This document shows, in pieces, positions 59,799-64,000 of a stretch of DNA of 64,000 bases. Under the pieces are notes generated by a model that did no database searches, had not been told where the DNA came from, and worked only from the letters and a program-made list of their open reading frames with translations. The DNA comes from Bdellovibrionales bacterium (GTDB lineage: Bacteria > Bdellovibrionota > Bdellovibrionia > Bdellovibrionales > UBA1609), in assembly GCA_965203095.1 (NCBI GenBank), contig OZ241877.1, forward strand, positions 1,472,001 through 1,536,000, given 5' to 3'. Made by a program: the position numbers and the translations under genes. Within the stretch, counting starts at the first letter, position 1; every line of letters starts with the position of its first letter.

Positions 59799-61904
59799 AT
59801 GCTTTGCCGTATTCACTTGCCTGATGATTCTGTTAAGGAGTTTTCCTCTCCTCCCAATGGTTTGGACTTGGCCCAAAGTATTGGCCCGGGTCTTGCAAAA
59901 GGGGCTGTGGGGCTTTTGCTTAATAAAGAACCTTATGTTCAAGATCTGCGATCCATTTTAAAAAATGGGGATCGGGCGGAAATTGTGGCCATCCCCTCAG
60001 ATAAAGCCTTAGAGGTGATCCGGCACTCTTCAGCTCATGTAATGGCTCAGGCCGTTCAAAACCTTTGGCCGGAAGTTAAAGTCAGCATAGGCCCTGTAAT
60101 AGAAGATGGCTTTTACTATGATTTTGACACCGATCGATCCTTCAGCCCCGAAGATCTGGAGCGGATTGAAGAGGAGATGCACTCCATTTTGAAAAAAAAA
60201 TATAAGCTTGAAAAAGAGCTGTGGCCCAAGGCCAAAGCTATCTCCCACTTTGAACAAAAAGGGGAGTTGTTAAAAAAAGAAATTATAGAGGAGATAGAAG
60301 GGGATATTAGCATTTACAGGCAAGGCTCTTGGTTGGACTTGTGCAAAGGGCCTCATGTTCAGCATCTTGGTCAAATTGGAGCGGTCAAAGTTTTGTCTCA
60401 ATCAGGAGCTTATTGGCGAGGGGATCCTTCCAAAAAACAACTTACCAGGATTTACGGGACGGCTTTTCACACTAAAAAGCAACTCCAGCTTTTTTTGAAA
60501 AAACAAGAAGAGGCTAAAGAAAATGACCATCGGCAAATAGGAAAGAGGTTGGATTTATTTTGGTTTAGTGATCTCTCTCCCGGAAATCCTTTTTTTACCC
60601 CTTCAGGAACAGTGGTTTATCAAAAAATTCAGGAATTTTTGCGGGAAAAGTATAAAGAGTATGGCTATGAAGAGGTGATTAGCCCCCAGGTTTATCACTC
60701 TGATCTTTTTGAACGGTCGGGGCACTTAAAGCATTTTTCTGAAAACATGTATCCCGTTTTAGAAAAACCAAACCAATGGGCAGAAAGCTCTCTTGCTCAT
60801 TTTTTGGGAGCAGGAAAACCACCGGATAAGGAAAAAACTAAAAAGCTTGCCCCTGCCTTATATAATGACAAAAATGTTTTTCCTAAAAACTTTTCTCCTA
60901 AGGAAATGGGTATGATAAGGGGATATGCCTTCCTCAAGCCCATGAACTGCCCTGGCCATTGCCTCTTGTTTAAGAGGAACCGATGGTCTTATAAAAACCT
61001 ACCTTGGAGGGTGGCGGATTTTGGGCGATTACATCGCCGGGAACCGGCCGGTGCTCTTCAGGGGCTAACTCGAGTCAAAAGTTTTTGTCAAGATGACGCC
61101 CATGTTTTTTGCCGTTTGGACCAACTCTCCCAAGAAATTCAAAAAGGGGTAAAAATGTTGCAAGACATTTACCAAGTTTTTGGCCTCAGCCGTTATAATA
61201 TCCAACTTTCCACCCGGCCTAAGGATCGCATGGGGGGAGAATTTCTTTGGGATCAGGCAGAATCCGCCTTAAGTCAGGCTCTGCATGATTTAAAAATTCC
61301 CTTTGAATATCAGTTTGGGGAAGGGGCTTTTTATGGTCCTAAATTAGACATCACTGTTCGGGACAGCTTTGGCCGCAACTGGCAGTTAGGGACTTTTCAA
61401 TGTGATTTTAACTTGCCCCAATCTTTTAATCTGAGTTATGTGAGCCGGGAAGATAAAGAGGAAAGGCCCGTCCTGCTCCACAGGGCTATTTTGGGTTCTT
61501 TAGAAAGGTTTATAGGCATTTATTTAGAGCATTCTAAGGGGCGACTGCCCACTTGGCTCTCTCCGATTCAGGTAAAAATTTTGCCTTTGACAGAAAAGGA
61601 AAAAGTTTTTTCTCTCCATATCCAAAAAAAGCTTGAACAAAAAAAAATCATTTGTAAAATAGACAATAGAAATGAACAGTTGTCTTATAAAATTCGAGAG
61701 GCTCAAACTCAACAAATCCCCTATATGTTAGTTGTCGGCCCTAAAGAAGTGCAATCCGAAAGCCTTTCCGTTCGTTTGAGAACTGGCGAGTTGTTTTCAA
61801 AATGGAATCTTGAAGAGTTTGCCAATAAACTCTTTGAGGAGATCCAAAATCGGGACTCCAAAGCCTTCCTGCTCAAAAATCAGTCTAAAGGTATCTGCCA
61901 TTAA
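59799..61904 (+). CDS. thrS: threonine--tRNA ligase with insertion
   Basis: RHSSAH, DLCKGPH, KPMNCPGH, QDDAH, AFYGPK, HRAILGSLERF. Confidence 0.97.
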   Translation: MLCRIHLPDDSVKEFSSPPNGLDLAQSIGPGLAKGAVGLLLNKEPYVQDLRSILKNGDRAEIVAIPSDKALEVIRHSSAHVMAQAVQNLWPEVKVSIGPVIEDGFYYDFDTDRSFSPEDLERIEEEMHSILKKKYKLEKELWPKAKAISHFEQKGELLKKEIIEEIEGDISIYRQGSWLDLCKGPHVQHLGQIGAVKVLSQSGAYWRGDPSKKQLTRIYGTAFHTKKQLQLFLKKQEEAKENDHRQIGKRLDLFWFSDLSPGNPFFTPSGTVVYQKIQEFLREKYKEYGYEEVISPQVYHSDLFERSGHLKHFSENMYPVLEKPNQWAESSLAHFLGAGKPPDKEKTKKLAPALYNDKNVFPKNFSPKEMGMIRGYAFLKPMNCPGHCLLFKRNRWSYKNLPWRVADFGRLHRREPAGALQGLTRVKSFCQDDAHVFCRLDQLSQEIQKGVKMLQDIYQVFGLSRYNIQLSTRPKDRMGGEFLWDQAESALSQALHDLKIPFEYQFGEGAFYGPKLDITVRDSFGRNWQLGTFQCDFNLPQSFNLSYVSREDKEERPVLLHRAILGSLERFIGIYLEHSKGRLPTWLSPIQVKILPLTEKEKVFSLHIQKKLEQKKIICKIDNRNEQLSYKIREAQTQQIPYMLVVGPKEVQSESLSVRLRTGELFSKWNLEEFANKLFEEIQNRDSKAFLLKNQSKGICH

Positions 61905-62601
61905 ATCCAAAAGACATTTTCGTGGCCGTTTTAAACGGGAGGAGAAACACCGCCGGAATGAAAGGGTGAAAGCTCCTGAAGTCCGCCTTATTGATGAAAA
62001 TGGGCAACTTGTGGGGTTAATGTCCTCTTCTTCTGCATTGCAGAAAGCACGAGAGAAGGGGCTGGATCTGGTGGAAATTCACGATAAATCACAACCTCCG
62101 ATATGCAAAATTATGGATTATGGGAAGTGGAGGTTTGAGACTAAAAAAAAGGAGAAACAAAACAGAAAAAAACAAAACAAAATTTTAGTTAAGGAAATAC
62201 AACTAAGACCCCGCACCGATGAGGGCGATATTCGTATTAAACTGGAAAAAGCCAAAGAGTTTTTAAACCAAGGCCATAAGGTGAAAGTGAATTTAAGATT
62301 TTTTGGCCGAGAAATGGCTCATAAGGAATTAGGATTCAACTTGTTAAAAAAAGTGGAGAAGCGACTTTCTGATCTGGCGATTCCGGAAATGCCAGCCAAA
62401 ATGGAAAGGCGAGCCTTGTTTGTCATTTTAGCCCCGCAAAGCCACTTTAGTAAAAAAAGCTCAAAAGCCTCTGCTCGTTCAGGAGCAAAGCTCAAAACTG
62501 TATCAGAATCTTCTAACAGCCCACCCACCGCTGAGCAAAAAGCTTCTTCTTCCTCTGTTATTGTGGAAAAGCAATTCATAAAAAACATCAATAACAGGTA
62601 G
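61900..62601 (+). CDS. infC: translation initiation factor IF-3, probable ATT start
   Basis: NERVKAPEVRLID, LDLVEI, PPICKIMDYGK, FFGRE; in-frame ATT at 61900 after AAAGGT, overlapping the thrS stop. Confidence 0.94.
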   Translation: MKSKRHFRGRFKREEKHRRNERVKAPEVRLIDENGQLVGLMSSSSALQKAREKGLDLVEIHDKSQPPICKIMDYGKWRFETKKKEKQNRKKQNKILVKEIQLRPRTDEGDIRIKLEKAKEFLNQGHKVKVNLRFFGREMAHKELGFNLLKKVEKRLSDLAIPEMPAKMERRALFVILAPQSHFSKKSSKASARSGAKLKTVSESSNSPPTAEQKASSSSVIVEKQFIKNINNR

Positions 62602-62688
62602 TTAGTCCTGAAAAAGCTTACTAAAAAACCTATTTTTTAAAGTTTTTTTGGGAAAAAATCTCATTATGTGATTGAGTTTAGTCCAGCA

Positions 62689-62704
62689 TGGAATCTTTTT
62701 TGCT
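62689..62704 (+). promoter_or_regulatory. sigma-54-like -24/-12 promoter
   Basis: TGGAATCTTTTTTGCT with exact GG-N10-GC spacing, 30 nt upstream of 62735. Confidence 0.45.
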
Positions 62705-62734
62705 ACACAAAAAAGGCAAAGGAGGAATTGAACT

Positions 62735-62944
62735 ATGGACAAAAATAATCCTGAAAACATCCGATCGGTCCAAAAGAAAGACCAAAAAAAGGAATTTCTC
62801 TCCGGTCAAAATGAGTGCTATCTTTGTGGCCAGCCTTTAAGCACTCATATTGAGTATTTGCCACAAACTCATTTAGTGGTAGAGAGAGCCCAGTGCCATA
62901 GCTGTATGACAGTGGTTAGGGTAAAAAATCACTCTTTGCATTAG
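62735..62944 (+). CDS. small Cys4 zinc-ribbon-like protein
   Basis: AGGAGG RBS; CYLC...CHSC. Confidence 0.78.
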   Translation: MDKNNPENIRSVQKKDQKKEFLSGQNECYLCGQPLSTHIEYLPQTHLVVERAQCHSCMTVVRVKNHSLH

Positions 62945-63007
62945 AAGGTTTTACTTTTTTTGGCTGGACCCTTGGCAAATTTTCTAAAAAGCTCTTCAGG
63001 CTTTTTA

Positions 63008-63030
63008 GTTCCCGCGAGAGCGGGAATCCA
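63008..63030 (+). repeat. REP-like palindrome (family B)
   Basis: GTTCCCGCGAGAGCGGGAATCCA. Confidence 0.75.
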
Positions 63031-63372
63031 TATCTGTTGAAAACAAGAATCCAGATTTTCTATAAAATTTGCTAAAGGAGGGGGTATTCCTTTCTCAACA
63101 CGAAAAACAGGCACAAAAAGCCCGTATTTTAAGGCTAAATGGGTGGAATAATCCTGTTGTCATGAAAAAATCTTAAAAAATAAAAACTAAGTGATAGGAT
63201 AAGATTAAATAATGAAAACTTGACATTTTGTCATTTTTTTGACAAAAAACAACAAAAAAAGGCATTTACACAGTGCAACATAAAGTTTATTTGGCTTTAT
63301 CCGGTTTTTTACTGCTATTCTATTGGAGGAAAAGTATTAGTTCAGTTGTTTCCCACAGGAAAGGAGGTTTTA

Positions 63373-63672
63373 ATGTTAGATAACTTTCAGTTTAATGGCT
63401 TTGTGCCCAATCAAAGCATAAAGAGGCAGAGCCGTTTTTTTTACAACCTTATTGAAAAGCGTGCTCCCAGTGATTCCAAAAAAACGGCGTCTTTAACTAA
63501 GAGGGGAAAGCTCTATGAGGCTCGCCTGAGGATCTCATCTGCCGGGGCCTGTTCTTTTGAGATTTTTTCCAGGGAAAATAGCATCTCAGGCTCTATGAAT
63601 AGCCTTCGAAAACAGTTTTTTGACAAAATCATCAGATGGAACAAACAAAGAGATCAAAAAGTAGCTCTCTAA
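63373..63672 (+). CDS. hypothetical protein, possibly HPF/RaiA-like fold
   Basis: AAGGAGG RBS before ATG 63373; 99 aa with an apparent beta-alpha-beta-beta-beta-alpha pattern. Confidence 0.6.
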   Translation: MLDNFQFNGFVPNQSIKRQSRFFYNLIEKRAPSDSKKTASLTKRGKLYEARLRISSAGACSFEIFSRENSISGSMNSLRKQFFDKIIRWNKQRDQKVAL

Positions 63673-63780
63673 AGCCAGCTCAACCTTTTATCATAGTTTA
63701 AAAGCTCTATTACGGCTATCTTCCCTCACTTCATCTTGAAAACTCAAACAAAATGAGTGTAAAAACTAAGGGGAGTCATA

Positions 63781-64000
63781 ATGCCCTGTAGGATAGATCT
63801 TGAATTTTTATTAAAAGCCATCCCCCATTCCTCTTGCTTGCAAAAGGCTGAAAGTATTTTTGATGGCCTCTCCACAGATTCTCGACAAGATCTTAAAGGC
63901 AAAGTGTTTTTTGCCCTTAAAGGGCCTCATTTTGATGGGCAGGATTTTTTGCAGGAGGCTATGGATAAAGGGGCTATAGCCTTTGTTGTGAGTGATAAAA
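63781..64000 (+). CDS. murF: Mur ligase N-terminus, most like MurF (runs off the window)
   Basis: MPCRIDLEFLLK...GLSTDSR...VFFALKGPHFDGQDF...GAIAFVV; AAGGGGAG RBS. Confidence 0.78.
   Translation, partial: MPCRIDLEFLLKAIPHSSCLQKAESIFDGLSTDSRQDLKGKVFFALKGPHFDGQDFLQEAMDKGAIAFVVSDK

Noticed and set aside
61810..61899. ORF-track start of infC at 61810
   Set aside because: Would overlap thrS by 95 nt; ATT at 61900 has an RBS and fits the family.
127..62591. Many 60-160 aa ORFs overlapping long genes (e.g. 127-342, 30042-30512, 50926-51357, 62319-62591)
   Set aside because: Antisense or alternate-frame shadows of well-supported genes with no recognisable motifs.
42854..62982. Short GGCTGGATCCCGGCAAG-like motif near 42856, 50431 and 62962
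   Set aside because: Too short and divergent to call a repeat family without a genome-wide count.

Overview
AT-rich bacterial chromosome segment. Gene content (signal-peptide orphans, GYF-TPR protein, type IV pilin, PilD, sigma-54 regulator, sigma-28-like promoters, RxPAS motifs) suggests a Bdellovibrionota-type organism; this is an inference. Most of the window is housekeeping: ald, ruvB, orn, fbaB, lysS, trmL, purH, alr, pepA, gpsA, ptrB, putA, thrS-infC, murF, tRNA-Met and tRNA-His. No transposase, integrase, CRISPR array or rRNA was found. Signals beyond the ORF track: (1) a dispersed family of MITE-like palindromic elements with a conserved loop held by different, self-complementary stems, plus a REP/BIME-like module; (2) cytoplasmic-type domains (a J-domain, GpsA) carrying export-like N-termini; (3) a subtilase split at an A10 tract; (4) a membrane protein with four SspB-alpha-like motifs just upstream of a pilin; (5) an unannotated internally deleted pseudogene next to tRNA-His; (6) large in-frame inserts in LysRS and ThrRS; (7) a CDS reading antisense into tRNA-Met; (8) an operator-like palindrome array next to an unannotated 49-aa membrane peptide. 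All calls come from reading the sequence; no searches were run.
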